The notes below the pieces were generated by a model, which worked only from the letters and a program-made list of their open reading frames with translations, made no database searches and was not told where the DNA came from. From positions 6,003,314 to 6,035,313 of the forward strand of contig CP104013.1 of assembly GCA_025839675.1 (NCBI GenBank): 32,000 nucleotides of DNA, written 5' to 3'. The DNA is from Candidatus Lokiarchaeum ossiferum. Its GTDB lineage: Archaea > Asgardarchaeota > Lokiarchaeia > Sigyniarchaeales > Promethearchaeaceae. Positions 16,793 to 26,122 of the stretch are shown here, in pieces; the stretch's first letter is position 1, and each line of letters begins with the position of its first letter. A program made the position numbers and the translations under genes.

Positions 16793-17536
16793 GTGTTTAT
16801 ATTTTTGATAAATGATACGTCCAATTATCCTGTGACTGCAACATATGAATCGAAGGATCAGCGAAAGGAATACTCCCAAATTTTTGATTATATTTGTAAA
16901 TTATGTCCACAACGTTCCCAGAAAAGCATTTATTATAACCAGCTTAAATCTCGCCTTCGGAAACGATTTAAGCTTAATGAATCCTCAGTTAAACAAGTAA
17001 TAAATCACTTTGTGAGTTTGAATGCACTTATTGTGGCCTTCGATGATTCTATTAGTATCAATATATTATCCAATTCGACTCGTAAGGATATTTACGATTT
17101 AATTCAAAGATACCCCGGTGTGTATTCAAATGTTTTTAAAAAAAGTCTTGGATTGGGTTCCCGCCAAGTACTATGGCACATTGCTTTTCTGCTCGAATTC
17201 AATATTATCAAATTCGAAAGTTTTGGGAAGATTAAAGCATATGGGATTATAACTGTTGAACCTAAGGCGATTTTGCTTGGTTTCATAGTTTTAAAAGATT
17301 CTCTAAGAACGCTACTCATACATCTTATGAGCGATCCGGCAGGATTTGAATTAATTGAATTAGTCCATATCATAAGTAAGCCGAAAAATTCTGTGCTATA
17401 TACTTTGAAAAAACTGAAGGAATTGAATGTATTATCCATATCTTTGGGAGAAACAAAACACTATTGTATTCGCCACGAATTATTACCTAAAATCGATCAA
17501 ACAATCAGTCGATATAACAATATTTTTCAAAAGTAA
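16793..17536 (+). CDS. multi-winged-helix (ArsR/TrmB-like) putative transcription regulator
   Basis: 247 aa with a GTG start preceded by GGGAG 8 nt upstream. wHTH-like segments are RKDIYDLIQRYPGVYSNVFKKSLGLGSRQVLWHIAFLLEFNIIKFE and ELIELVHIISKPKNSVLYTLKKLKELNVLSIS. Confidence 0.65.
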   Translation: MFIFLINDTSNYPVTATYESKDQRKEYSQIFDYICKLCPQRSQKSIYYNQLKSRLRKRFKLNESSVKQVINHFVSLNALIVAFDDSISINILSNSTRKDIYDLIQRYPGVYSNVFKKSLGLGSRQVLWHIAFLLEFNIIKFESFGKIKAYGIITVEPKAILLGFIVLKDSLRTLLIHLMSDPAGFELIELVHIISKPKNSVLYTLKKLKELNVLSISLGETKHYCIRHELLPKIDQTISRYNNIFQK

Positions 17537-17771
17537 TGATCAAAGCCTTAAGAATACCTTTCCTGGTATAAAACTTAAAGTATTCGAAAAAATAAAACTA
17601 GAAAATAGATTAATTTATATCATGGAAATTCTGTATAGATCCGCCTTATATTTATAAATTTATTATTAAAAATACAATTATTGATGCTCCAAATCATTAG
17701 TTTAACACATTTCCTCCTTCAAAATATAATCTTTTAAAATCACAGATGTGTCGAAATACACAAAAAAAATT

Positions 17772-17784
17772 CCACACCTCTTTA
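17772..17784 (+). promoter_or_regulatory. third copy (13 of 14) of the CCACACCTCTTTA motif
   Basis: aaaaaaaattCCACACCTCTTTAta. It is preceded by an A8 run like the 11340 copy and ends 65 nt upstream of the ATG at 17850. Confidence 0.3.
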
Positions 17785-17849
17785 TACCTACTCAAGAATT
17801 CTATTAAATTAAAGGAAGTTTTCATCTCCAAAGAGACTCAATAAAATTC

Positions 17850-18074
17850 ATGCGTTTTTTTTTAAAACTATTCTACAAAATGCTGAATTCAATTTATTTA
17901 TCCAAGATCATCTCTAATACTTTACCAAAGACCCGATCTGCTAAGAATATGCGTCGTGTCTTAAAGGCAATTGCAACTCAAGGTGATATTGGCAATGTTA
18001 TGACTTCAGCTAATCCTGAAGTCGTTCAAGCTTTAGTAGACGAACGTGCTAAACTCTGTGAAATCAAATTTTAA
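17850..18074 (+). CDS. small hypothetical ORF (may instead start at the ATG at 17953, or be noncoding)
   Basis: 74-aa ORF flanked by the upstream motif copy and a downstream T9 run. The C-terminal 41 aa MRRVLKAIATQGDIGNVMTSANPEVVQALVDERAKLCEIKF look protein-like. No family recognised. Confidence 0.3.
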   Translation: MRFFLKLFYKMLNSIYLSKIISNTLPKTRSAKNMRRVLKAIATQGDIGNVMTSANPEVVQALVDERAKLCEIKF

Positions 18075-18119
18075 AATCTGAGCATTCATCGTTTAATATA
18101 ACTATTATTTGTCGAGGTC

Positions 18120-18128
18120 TTTTTTTTT
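18120..18128 (+). terminator. T9 run, candidate archaeal intrinsic terminator
   Basis: ggtcTTTTTTTTTcc lies 46 nt after the stop of the 17850..18074 ORF. Confidence 0.4.
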
Positions 18129-18360
18129 CCTACATGGTGAGACTCATTGGACGATCAATGTTAGAATTCTTCATCCATATCGTCTATATACAGGGTCATC
18201 TCAAGATTATCCGTCACTTCAAATGTTTAACGGAAATTCTAAAAGGTTTTTTGGCGATTGAGAACCTTTTGTTTTATATTGGGAAATGACCATTCATTTA
18301 ATTGAGATAAAATTTAGGTGAACTTCAAATCCACGGAGTCAAACTTTCCTGTTTTGATAC

Positions 18361-18407
18361 AAGTGTGTTGTGATGGATAGCTCTCGGAGGGAGTTATAAC
18401 AGATTGC
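18361..18407 (+). repeat. copy C of the 3-copy GC-rich intergenic element
   Basis: aagtgtgttgtgatggatagctctcggagggagttataacagattgc lies 124 nt upstream of the GNAT gene. See copies A and B. Confidence 0.5.
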
Positions 18408-18530
18408 ATATCCTTCAAGGTTAAATTTGAAATTACAATAAGGATAATATAGGAACTAGAAGGAGCAAGATTGGAAAAATGAATAAATATTTTAAAGAAT
18501 CCCGTTACTTTTCAATAAAAGGCAACAATT

Positions 18531-19133
18531 ATGAAAATCACATATAAATCCCTGGATTCAACAGAAGAAGTGGAAAAGGCATTTCAATTTATTACGGAAC
18601 AGTTAGAGATCGGGGAAAAGCATCCCCGTCAACTAGATTATTATTTACTGGTGCATAAAACACATCCATCCTTGCTAATGGTGGCGAAAAACCAAGATCA
18701 GATCATTGGATGTACCTTCAGCAGTAAAAATCAATTTAAACCTGAAGCAAAGGATGAATTACTTATTGGAGAAGTGTGTGTTCATCCGAATTTCCAAGGT
18801 CAGAATATAGGGCGGACGCTTCTAATGAAGGTAGAGAAGAATGCCAAGAAAATAGGTTTTAAAAAACTCATATTAGGGGCAAAAGAAGGTGTGGAGTCGT
18901 TCTACTTCAAATGCGAGTTTGTCGCGAATTTGCATATTCAAATTGAAAATGATCATTGTTTGGAAGAACTGAAAAACTTGAACTCCAAATATGAAATAAT
19001 CGACGAAGAAGTTAAGGAGGGATGGACTCGAGTATTAATAAAAACGAAGCAATTAGATCGACAGCTGGAAAATAGCTACAAAAAGAAATCACCAAAAATA
19101 TATCTTAATTATGTGTTTACGAAAGAAATTTAA
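18531..19133 (+). CDS. GNAT-family N-acetyltransferase
   Basis: 200 aa with acetyl-CoA-binding motif A IGEVCVHPNFQGQNIGRTLLMKVEKNAKKIGFKKLILG (Q-x-x-G-x-G/A type). Confidence 0.85.
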   Translation: MKITYKSLDSTEEVEKAFQFITEQLEIGEKHPRQLDYYLLVHKTHPSLLMVAKNQDQIIGCTFSSKNQFKPEAKDELLIGEVCVHPNFQGQNIGRTLLMKVEKNAKKIGFKKLILGAKEGVESFYFKCEFVANLHIQIENDHCLEELKNLNSKYEIIDEEVKEGWTRVLIKTKQLDRQLENSYKKKSPKIYLNYVFTKEI

Positions 19134-19621
19134 GGAGACCAAATTCGAATTTAGATTTTTGAACAAACTTCTGTAGAAGAAATCAAATAACTTGAAGTTA
19201 AAGGGATTGTTGGCAGAGAGAAATGATTGAGTCTAGCAATTAATATGGGATGTATCTCAAGTTTGGTTAAGATTGTAATAGGTTGTGCAAGTGGCTATTA
19301 CGATCAAAAAAAGGGTTTGATAGGCTTTGAGTTTTTTATTTATTGCGAATTTTTCGTCTTTTTCCGTGTATATCACATCTTCTAATTCAATTAAAATTTT
19401 TTCGAACTTCAAATTTCGATCTTGAGCTTGGTACTTATGAGTATATTAAAGAGTTCAAACGTTTGAGGTAGGACTTCTTTCTACCAGAAAAACAAGATCT
19501 GATTTCTATTAAATTGGTTGACAGACTTTTCCGCTTATTTTATTCATTCTTTTTAGTACTCTTCTTAAGTCTTGAGTGGATTTCTTTAATAGAACTCAAA
19601 AGGTATTTCTCCTTGATTAGA

Positions 19622-20737
19622 ATGATAGGTTTCAAATTAAAAACTATGATGGTAGTAATTTTGACCGTTCAATTTCTTCCCTACTCGGGAATTCACCCCC
19701 AATTTGTCTTGGGAGAATCTGCGAAACTCGATCAAGATTTAGAAGATCAATTAGGGGATGTGAATATCTTAATGCTGGTGCATAATTCGGTGGGTCGGAA
19801 TGCGCTCGATGTAAAAAAAGTGTTGGAATCTTGGAATTGTACTGTAACAACGGTTGGAGTGCTGTTGACTAATAAAAAAGTGTGTGATAATAGAGGGGAA
19901 ACGGTCTATATTGATACCGATCTGAAAATTGCGGAAGTTAATTCTATGATCTTAGCGACCTACGATTGTCTTTTTGTCCCTTCAGGGGCATATTGGAATG
20001 AAGTCTCGCAAACGGAAGAGATTACCTCTTTTATCGAAAAGGCATACAATGAAGGTTTGATAATCTCTTCGATGTGCGTGGGAACGGGGATTTTGGGTAA
20101 AGCAGGGGACATTGTGTCCGGATCGAAATTTATCTGTCATCCTAATAGTGGCCAGTTGTTACTCGACTCAGGAGGGATAATCGAAAAAGCGGATGTACTC
20201 CGAGATGGCCAATTTCTCACAGGCGGAACCGGGGGAGGATGGCGACAGGGAGGAAATGTTAAAGCCCCCTATTATGAATTCTCCGCTGCTCTCGTCCAAG
20301 AAATTTTGGGATATTCCTATTGTGAAAAGATGGAATTAGAGTCCACAAATAATGCAAGCCTAAAAACCGAATATTCTCTGAGTATTTCGACAGCTAATTT
20401 ATCTTCTCCCATTAATTCACTCCCGGGAGTAAAAAAGCACTATATTGCCAGAATCAATTTACTTGTGAGTGATCCAAAAGATCCCACTGTCGAAATTCGG
20501 GTGCCATTGGAAAAATCATCAACAACCACATTCAACCTCACATTCGATCTAAATGAATATAGAAAGATGGATCTAATGGTAGAAATCATTACTAATAATT
20601 CGGAAGTGGAAGTATTTCGTAACCTTGAAAATCCAATTCAGGCCTCAATCCCGGGAGGGACACCTATTCGTGTAATTTTCATCTCTTTTGTGAGTTTTAT
20701 TATCCTATTCTCACGACATCGAAAGAAAATTGCATAA
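19622..20737 (+). CDS. secreted, C-terminally anchored DJ-1/PfpI-family (class I glutamine amidotransferase-like) protein
   Basis: The ORF opens at a TTG (19514). The first in-frame ATG at 19622 gives a signal-peptide-like MIGFKLKTMMVVILTVQFLP. DJ-1/PfpI pattern: ILMLVHN.., YDCLFVPSG, nucleophile elbow SSMCVGTGILGKAG. Then a ~130-aa beta-rich domain and the tail IPGGTPIRVIFISFVSFIILFSRHRKKIA. Confidence 0.8.
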   Translation: MIGFKLKTMMVVILTVQFLPYSGIHPQFVLGESAKLDQDLEDQLGDVNILMLVHNSVGRNALDVKKVLESWNCTVTTVGVLLTNKKVCDNRGETVYIDTDLKIAEVNSMILATYDCLFVPSGAYWNEVSQTEEITSFIEKAYNEGLIISSMCVGTGILGKAGDIVSGSKFICHPNSGQLLLDSGGIIEKADVLRDGQFLTGGTGGGWRQGGNVKAPYYEFSAALVQEILGYSYCEKMELESTNNASLKTEYSLSISTANLSSPINSLPGVKKHYIARINLLVSDPKDPTVEIRVPLEKSSTTTFNLTFDLNEYRKMDLMVEIITNNSEVEVFRNLENPIQASIPGGTPIRVIFISFVSFIILFSRHRKKIA

Positions 20738-20864
20738 AGGATAGAAATTAGAGAGTAATAATTATTGAAAAGAATTTCTGAGAACCTCCATTCTCATTAT
20801 ATTTTTTATTTGTTCGAATGATTTTCCTTACACCTAAAATATTCACAATTTTCATTCTTATATC

Positions 20865-21326
20865 ATGAGAAAATTTGTTAGGAAAAAACAAATTTTTGGA
20901 GGGCTAATGCTAATATCTGTAGCTTTATCTGGAATTTTGCTTGTATCAGCTATCGGATTTGAGAATCTTTTTTATAGTTCAGGGTATTTGAAATATGCTG
21001 TAAACTTTAACGAAGAAACATTGATTAGTGAAAGTTACATAAAAATTCATTTTGAAGAGGATAATATTCATTTTTTTATGCAGATCAATGTAGATCGTCA
21101 CGTTAAAATCAACGAGTATCAATTAACAACATCTTTAGAGGATTACAACTTAACTATCTCAAATAATTATAAAGCAGAAAGAAATGAAGGATCTAAACTC
21201 GCAACAATCGAAGGAACAATTTTTAATCTGGAAGATGGGAATTATATTCTGAGATTTAGTATGGTTGAAGATTGGATTTTTGAAATTGAAATTGGAGGAA
21301 TCCAAGAAGATATTTGTGTTTACTAA
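20865..21326 (+). CDS. membrane-anchored hypothetical protein
   Basis: 153 aa with a basic N-terminus, the TM helix IFGGLMLISVALSGILLVSAIGF, and a beta-rich domain ending EDGNYILRFSMVEDWIFEIEIGG. Confidence 0.6.
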   Translation: MRKFVRKKQIFGGLMLISVALSGILLVSAIGFENLFYSSGYLKYAVNFNEETLISESYIKIHFEEDNIHFFMQINVDRHVKINEYQLTTSLEDYNLTISNNYKAERNEGSKLATIEGTIFNLEDGNYILRFSMVEDWIFEIEIGGIQEDICVY

Positions 21327-21342
21327 TGTGTCTCAATTTGAG

Positions 21343-21350
21343 TTTTTTTT
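21343..21350 (+). terminator. T8 run, candidate terminator
   Basis: gagTTTTTTTTc lies 17 nt after the stop of 20865..21326. Confidence 0.4.
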
Positions 21351-21496
21351 CAAATTTCTATCCAAGTTTGTGTACTATGAAGAATGCTGTAGGAGTCTGG
21401 TGAAATTTCATCTCCAAAAGAGCTCTATTTTTATTAGAACTTGATTGAACCACAAGACTCCTTTATTTTAAGGGAATACCTAATCAGAGAAGTAAT

Positions 21497-21503
21497 AAAA
21501 AAA
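21497..21503 (-). terminator. T7 run (minus strand), candidate terminator of the histone genes
   Basis: The minus strand reads caccTTTTTTTatt about 25 nt after the stop at 21528. Confidence 0.35.
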
Positions 21504-21527
21504 GGTGTTTTTAGTAAATTTCAGCAC

Positions 21528-21746
21528 TTAATAATTTTCGATTGCCAATTCAATGTCGCCTTTGGAGATCTTCTTACGTTTGCTATGTTTAGCAAATACT
21601 AAAGCAGATGCAGTAAGCTTTTTGGATCGGTCTTCTAAGTAGTTTAATAAGAGTTCCACCGCGTCTCGACTCACGATTTCAGCGCCTGCGCTTTTCATGA
21701 GACTTCGGAGTGGGCTCCATGCAAAAATTCTTCGTTTTTTGGCCAT
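21528..21746 (-). CDS. archaeal histone (histone fold) with short basic N-terminal extension
   Basis: 72 aa. PLRSLMKSAGAEIVSRDAVELLLNYLEDRSKKLTASALVFAKHSKRKKISKGDIELAIENY aligns by eye with HMfB (PIGRIIKDAGAERVSDDARITLAKILEE...KLARHAGRKTIKAEDIELAV). It is preceded by MAKKRRIFAWS. Confidence 0.9.
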   Translation of the reverse strand: MAKKRRIFAWSPLRSLMKSAGAEIVSRDAVELLLNYLEDRSKKLTASALVFAKHSKRKKISKGDIELAIENY

Positions 21747-21816
21747 ATTGTTTCAATCCAGAGTTTTTTTGTGTAAAGAAAAAAAATATTTCTGATTTTT
21801 ATAATCGAAGAGTCGT

Positions 21817-22035
21817 TTATAAATAATCAATTGCTAATTGCATATCCCCTTGGGAAATCTTCTTGCGTTTAGCGTGTTTGGCGAATTTTTGAGCCATAAT
21901 GGTCAATTTTTTAGATCGATCTTCTAAATAATACAATAATGCTTCAACTGCTTCTCGGCTGACAATCTCGGCACCGGCTTTTTTCATTAAAGCTCGAAGT
22001 GGAGACCAAGCAAATGTTCTTCTTTTTTTAGCCAT
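21817..22035 (-). CDS. archaeal histone paralog with short basic N-terminal extension
   Basis: Start chosen at ATG 22035 (MAKKRRTFAWSPL...) because it matches the paralog's N-terminus exactly. The ORF-track start at 22101 is a non-ATG codon adding 22 unrelated residues. ATG 22044 (MKKMAKK..) is an alternative. 55 of 72 residues are identical to the 21528..21746 product by hand count. Confidence 0.9.
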   Translation of the reverse strand: MAKKRRTFAWSPLRALMKKAGAEIVSREAVEALLYYLEDRSKKLTIMAQKFAKHAKRKKISQGDMQLAIDYL

Positions 22036-22486
22036 TTTTTTCATACTCCGCGTATAAATAAATGAGTAGCTGTCCCCATCTGTGAGATTTTTGTCGACCA
22101 AAAGTCCTTAAATGAGTCCAAACCAAATATATAATAGTATTTAATCTATTTAAAGGTAATGCAGTTTTCGGGTAAATAGCGAGTCCGAATGGATTGGATC
22201 AGTGATATTATCGACAAAAATACTCAATTAGAGTGTAGAAAATGAACTCATTTCCAAGCCCGTAGGATTGAAAAGAAGGCTAAATTTTGGAGATCGATCT
22301 GAGAAATGTAAGTAACACCTTTCTGTGAGAATAATTATGATCAAAATATGTTCAATGTTTTCATATATTACTTGAATTCATGAATGGTTGGTTATTTTTA
22401 TTATATTATTGTTTTACCTCTAGATTTCTCACTATCTAAAAATCTATTAAAATTAATAAAAGAAAAAATTGCCTATATCTCGCTTT

Positions 22487-23461
22487 TCATTTTATAGTTA
22501 TAATAACATTTCCTTTTTTATGACCTTTCTCCACATAACGGTGTGCTTCGGCCATTTGTTCTAATGAATAAACCCTATCAATCGCCGCTTTTAGTTTCCC
22601 CGCTTCAATAAGTCCTTTGAGGAAAAGAAGATCTTTTGCTTTTTCAGCGGTGGGTCTTAATCCTGCTGCTGCAAATTGTGCTTTTTTGTTACCAAATTTG
22701 CTCGTCCATAATGCTTGAAAAAGGATTGGTAGAGTTGGGACTGTGGTTAGGTAGATTCCACTTTCGTTTAATGCTCTTTTACATTTGGAAAAAGAACTTT
22801 TTGCAACAGTGTCAAAAATTATATCATAGGTGTGACCAGTTTTGGTAAAATCTTCTTCTGTGTAGTCTATTACGTTATCTGCCCCAAGGGATGTCACTAG
22901 TTCTAAATTAGTGGTGCTGCACACTCCAGTCACTTCAGCTCCATAATACTTGGCAAGCTGAATTGCTGCGGTACCCACACTTCCAGATGCTCCATTGATG
23001 AGAACCTTTTGACCACTTTGAATTTCTCCCTTATCTCGAAGGAAAGGTAATGCAGTTAAAGCTCCATCTACTATCGCTGCTGCTTCTCCATAATTCATAT
23101 TAATGGGCTTGAGCGCGATCTGCCCGTCTTCAGGTAAGCAAATATACTCTGCATGAGCCCCTAAATTATTGATTGATGCTCCAAAGACTTGATCACCTAC
23201 TTTAAATAAAGTCACATCTTTTCCAATGGCTTCTATCTCTCCCGCGAGGACATCTCCCGGAATCCGGTGTTTTGGTTTCAATAATCCCGTAAATAGGCGG
23301 CTGATGGCAGGTTTTCCCAATCGAAATGTCGGATCCGTGGAATTGACTGCTGCTCCGTAAATTTTGATTAATAGTTCGTTATCTTTAGGCGTCGGTTTTT
23401 CAACTTCTTTGAAATTGAGAACTTCTGGAGGGCCGTATTTGGTGCATATTATCGCTTTCAT
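22487..23461 (-). CDS. medium-chain dehydrogenase/reductase, NADPH:quinone-oxidoreductase-like
   Basis: Likely start is [15 protein letters not shown] (ATG 23461); the ORF extends to 23506. Motifs GDQVFG and Rossmann [21 protein letters not shown], with the C-terminal [10 protein letters not shown] typical of the QOR subgroup. Confidence 0.9.
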   Translation of the reverse strand: MKAIICTKYGPPEVLNFKEVEKPTPKDNELLIKIYGAAVNSTDPTFRLGKPAISRLFTGLLKPKHRIPGDVLAGEIEAIGKDVTLFKVGDQVFGASINNLGAHAEYICLPEDGQIALKPINMNYGEAAAIVDGALTALPFLRDKGEIQSGQKVLINGASGSVGTAAIQLAKYYGAEVTGVCSTTNLELVTSLGADNVIDYTEEDFTKTGHTYDIIFDTVAKSSFSKCKRALNESGIYLTTVPTLPILFQALWTSKFGNKKAQFAAAGLRPTAEKAKDLLFLKGLIEAGKLKAAIDRVYSLEQMAEAHRYVEKGHKKGNVIITIK

Positions 23462-23590
23462 TTGTATGTTCATCCTATAAAATTTGTTCATATTTACATT
23501 GTTCAATATAATAAAAAAAAGTGCATTTTCGAAATTTAAAATTTGATTCTTTATTTTGATTTTTTACTTCAAGTAAGTATTCGTCGTAAA

Positions 23591-24517
23591 TTAGCTGGTG
23601 TGCTCAATCGTAATGACAACATTTCCTCTTTTATGGCCTTTGTCAACATAGGCATGGGCTTTACTCGTTTGATCCAATGAATACTTTTTATCAATAAATG
23701 GTGTGATTTTTCTTGCTTCTATAAGTTCTTTGAGAAAAAGCAAATCTTTTGTCAGTTCTTTAGTCATAGAAGTGATAGAAAGGTAAGATCCTGTGCTTTT
23801 AAGAGTTTTTTTGCATAATGAAGCGGAAATTTTTCCAACAGCTTCAAATACGATATCATAAATTGGTCCGTCTTTTGTAAAATCTTCTTTTGTGTAATCT
23901 ATCACTTTATCGGCACCAAGAAGTTTAACCATGTCCAAATTTCCAGTACTACAAACCCCTGTGACTTCTGCTCCAAAATATTTAGCAAGCTGAACTGCAT
24001 AAGATCCAACGCTTCCAGATGCTCCATATATTAGCACTTTTTGACCCTTTTGGATGTTTGCATTCTTTAGTAGATATAGCGCTGTCATTCCACCCACAGG
24101 GCTAGCTGCAGCTTCTTCAAAAGTTATATTATTCGGTTTTAGTGCAACAACTCCCTGCTTCCATTGTTCTGGCAAACATACATATTCGGCATAAGAACCA
24201 AATTTCAACCCAGTCGTGGTTCCAAAAATTTGATCTCCTATCTTAAACAATTTAACATCTTTGCCTACTGCCTCTACTTCCCCAGCTAATTCGGTACCCA
24301 ATAGAGTTCGTCTCGGCTTAAAGAATCCAAAAATAATTCTGGCAGGTAACCAAAACAAAAGAGGAAAATCGGAACTTCGAAGTCTCACATCGCCAGAGGT
24401 AACTGTGGCTGCATGAACTTTCACTAAAATTTCATTATCCTTAGGTATTGGTTTATTTACATCTTTTAATTTGAGAACATCTGGAGTTCCATATTTTTCA
24501 TATATTATCGCTTTCAT
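23591..24517 (-). CDS. medium-chain dehydrogenase/reductase paralog (quinone-oxidoreductase-like)
   Basis: Likely start is [15 protein letters not shown] (ATG 24517); in-frame ATGs also at 24523 and 24535. Motifs [27 protein letters not shown] and [10 protein letters not shown]. Collinear with the neighbouring paralog. Confidence 0.9.
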   Translation of the reverse strand: MKAIIYEKYGTPDVLKLKDVNKPIPKDNEILVKVHAATVTSGDVRLRSSDFPLLFWLPARIIFGFFKPRRTLLGTELAGEVEAVGKDVKLFKIGDQIFGTTTGLKFGSYAEYVCLPEQWKQGVVALKPNNITFEEAAASPVGGMTALYLLKNANIQKGQKVLIYGASGSVGSYAVQLAKYFGAEVTGVCSTGNLDMVKLLGADKVIDYTKEDFTKDGPIYDIVFEAVGKISASLCKKTLKSTGSYLSITSMTKELTKDLLFLKELIEARKITPFIDKKYSLDQTSKAHAYVDKGHKRGNVVITIEHTS

Positions 24518-24888
24518 TTTCATCACAATTTTCATAAGTGGGACATTAACAATAACTATTTAACATTCACCTATATTATAATACTATATTTATTTAGGTA
24601 TTGTAGATTAATAAACTTTCGGTAATCTAAGAGATTGATGTGTTTTCGTTAAAAGAAATTAACTTTTTCCTATTGATTTTTAGGAATCTTAAAAAGATAA
24701 AATCAAAACAAAATAAAAAAATACCTCATGAATTCCATCTTGAAGCAAATACTTAATTTTATCATCGAAATCATACAAATAATACTTCGATTTCAAAAAA
24801 AACCAAACTCGATTCAAAACCTAAATTATCAAATATGAGATATGATGTATTATTAAAATACTGACTATTTTGTAAGGAGTTTGCTTCA

Positions 24889-25590
24889 TTGAAAAAAAAA
24901 GAATTCTCAGCAATTGCTAGTTGTGGAAAAGCAATTGAGAAATATGCTCTTTTTCGTATAATATTTTTTGGAGTGGGAGCCATAACTCTCTTCATAGCAA
25001 CAATTATTTCACCTCAAATTGAATCCCTGAATTTAGATGGTATGTCAGATTCAGAATTGTTTTCAAATATTGAGGGTTCTCTCTTTTTTTGGTTGATAAT
25101 CTCATTATTACTTATATTTGCAGTTGTGATTCTTGGATTTATTGTTTTGGGGATGTATTTTCGATATATTATGCGATTGAAAGATGTAACAAAAGAAACG
25201 GCGAGTCAGTATTTGCGCAATATTTTGATTTGTGAGTTCAGTCGTCCCATTATTTGGATAATTCAGCTGTTTTTGATAGGAAAATGGAATAATAGTCTTT
25301 TATATTTGCTGAACTGTATTTCCTTGGCTATTTCTATCTACATTGCAATTCAATATAGGAAATGGATTTTGTTATTTTCTGATTATGATTTGAAACTCAC
25401 GGCTTATTCTTCCATACTGACGTATCTTCAAATATGGATGTTAGCAGGTGGGACATTTATTATTTTAAGCTTGATCCAACTTATTGGTTTATGGACCGGT
25501 CTTTTCTTATTCGTAGTTGAAGCCTTATTGCTCCTTTTAATATCCATTTCCCTATGGTTTTTTGGAAAGAAAATAGATTGGCTCTTTTAG
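24889..25590 (+). CDS. polytopic membrane protein, unknown function
   Basis: 233 aa with a TTG start (the first in-frame ATG would delete the first helix). About 6 hydrophobic helices. No motif recognised. Confidence 0.55.
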   Translation: MKKKEFSAIASCGKAIEKYALFRIIFFGVGAITLFIATIISPQIESLNLDGMSDSELFSNIEGSLFFWLIISLLLIFAVVILGFIVLGMYFRYIMRLKDVTKETASQYLRNILICEFSRPIIWIIQLFLIGKWNNSLLYLLNCISLAISIYIAIQYRKWILLFSDYDLKLTAYSSILTYLQIWMLAGGTFIILSLIQLIGLWTGLFLFVVEALLLLLISISLWFFGKKIDWLF

Positions 25591-25685
25591 AATTGGAAAA
25601 AATGGAAAAAATTGGATGATTACCAAATCCAAATTTTATTCCATCTGAAATTCAAAAGGGAAAGAGAAAAAAAAGTTTAAAAAGG

Positions 25686-25982
25686 TTAACTCTGCTTTTC
25701 TTGCTTATTTTTAAAGAATTTGTAAAGGGTTGGAATTATACGGAGAATCACAATGATCCACATCAAATTTATCAATACAGTTGCCATGCTCTCACCACTC
25801 CACGCCTCAACATTATAACCCATCGCAGTCAAAATAAGCTGAACAAGGAATAATCCGGGGATTATCCAAACTAGTGTACTTAGAGACGAAATTAGTTTTG
25901 CTTCGGCTTCTAAAAACTTATCTTTTGAATCTACATCATACATTGTTATGAAAACAATCGTAAAATGTCCTATAAAATCCAT
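25686..25982 (-). CDS. small membrane protein (about 3 TM helices)
   Basis: 98 aa with hydrophobic segments GHFTIVFITM, LSTLVWIIPGLFLVQLILTAMG and MATVLINLMWIIVILRIIP, and a basic tail. Confidence 0.5.
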   Translation of the reverse strand: MDFIGHFTIVFITMYDVDSKDKFLEAEAKLISSLSTLVWIIPGLFLVQLILTAMGYNVEAWSGESMATVLINLMWIIVILRIIPTLYKFFKNKQEKQS

Positions 25983-26122
25983 GCCATTTCTCTCTATTGG
26001 AAGTAGCTGAAGAAAATTAATACATCTGATCCATATGGATAAAAACCTGTTGTTTTATCTTCAACACAGATTTTTTTGGACTATATTATACCTTTTTTTT
26101 CTATGAGTAATTTATTAAAAAT

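Noticed and set aside
16510-17657. ORFs 16510..16716 (-), 17104..17439 (-) and 17427..17657 (+).
   Set aside because: The first two are antisense to supported CDSs. The last overlaps the 3' end of the regulator gene and runs into an AT-rich spacer with no protein-like pattern.
19514-19850. The TTG-initiated 36-codon extension of the DJ-1/PfpI ORF, and antisense ORF 19644..19850.
   Set aside because: The extension is very hydrophobic but precedes a perfectly good ATG plus signal-peptide-like sequence. The antisense ORF has no support. The exact start remains uncertain.
22053-22062. A TATA-like TTTATTTATA upstream of the histone ATG at 22035, considered as evidence for a leaderless mRNA.
   Set aside because: The box ends only 17 nt before the ATG. 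That would place a canonical TSS (about 23-27 nt downstream of the TATA) a few nt inside the CDS. The spacing does not support the claim without TSS data.
22036-22101. N-terminal extension of the upstream histone ORF (MVDKNLTDGDSYSFIYTRSMKK..).
   Set aside because: It starts at a non-ATG codon, has no counterpart in the paralog, and would put an acidic, non-histone-like leader in front of the conserved MAKKRR start.
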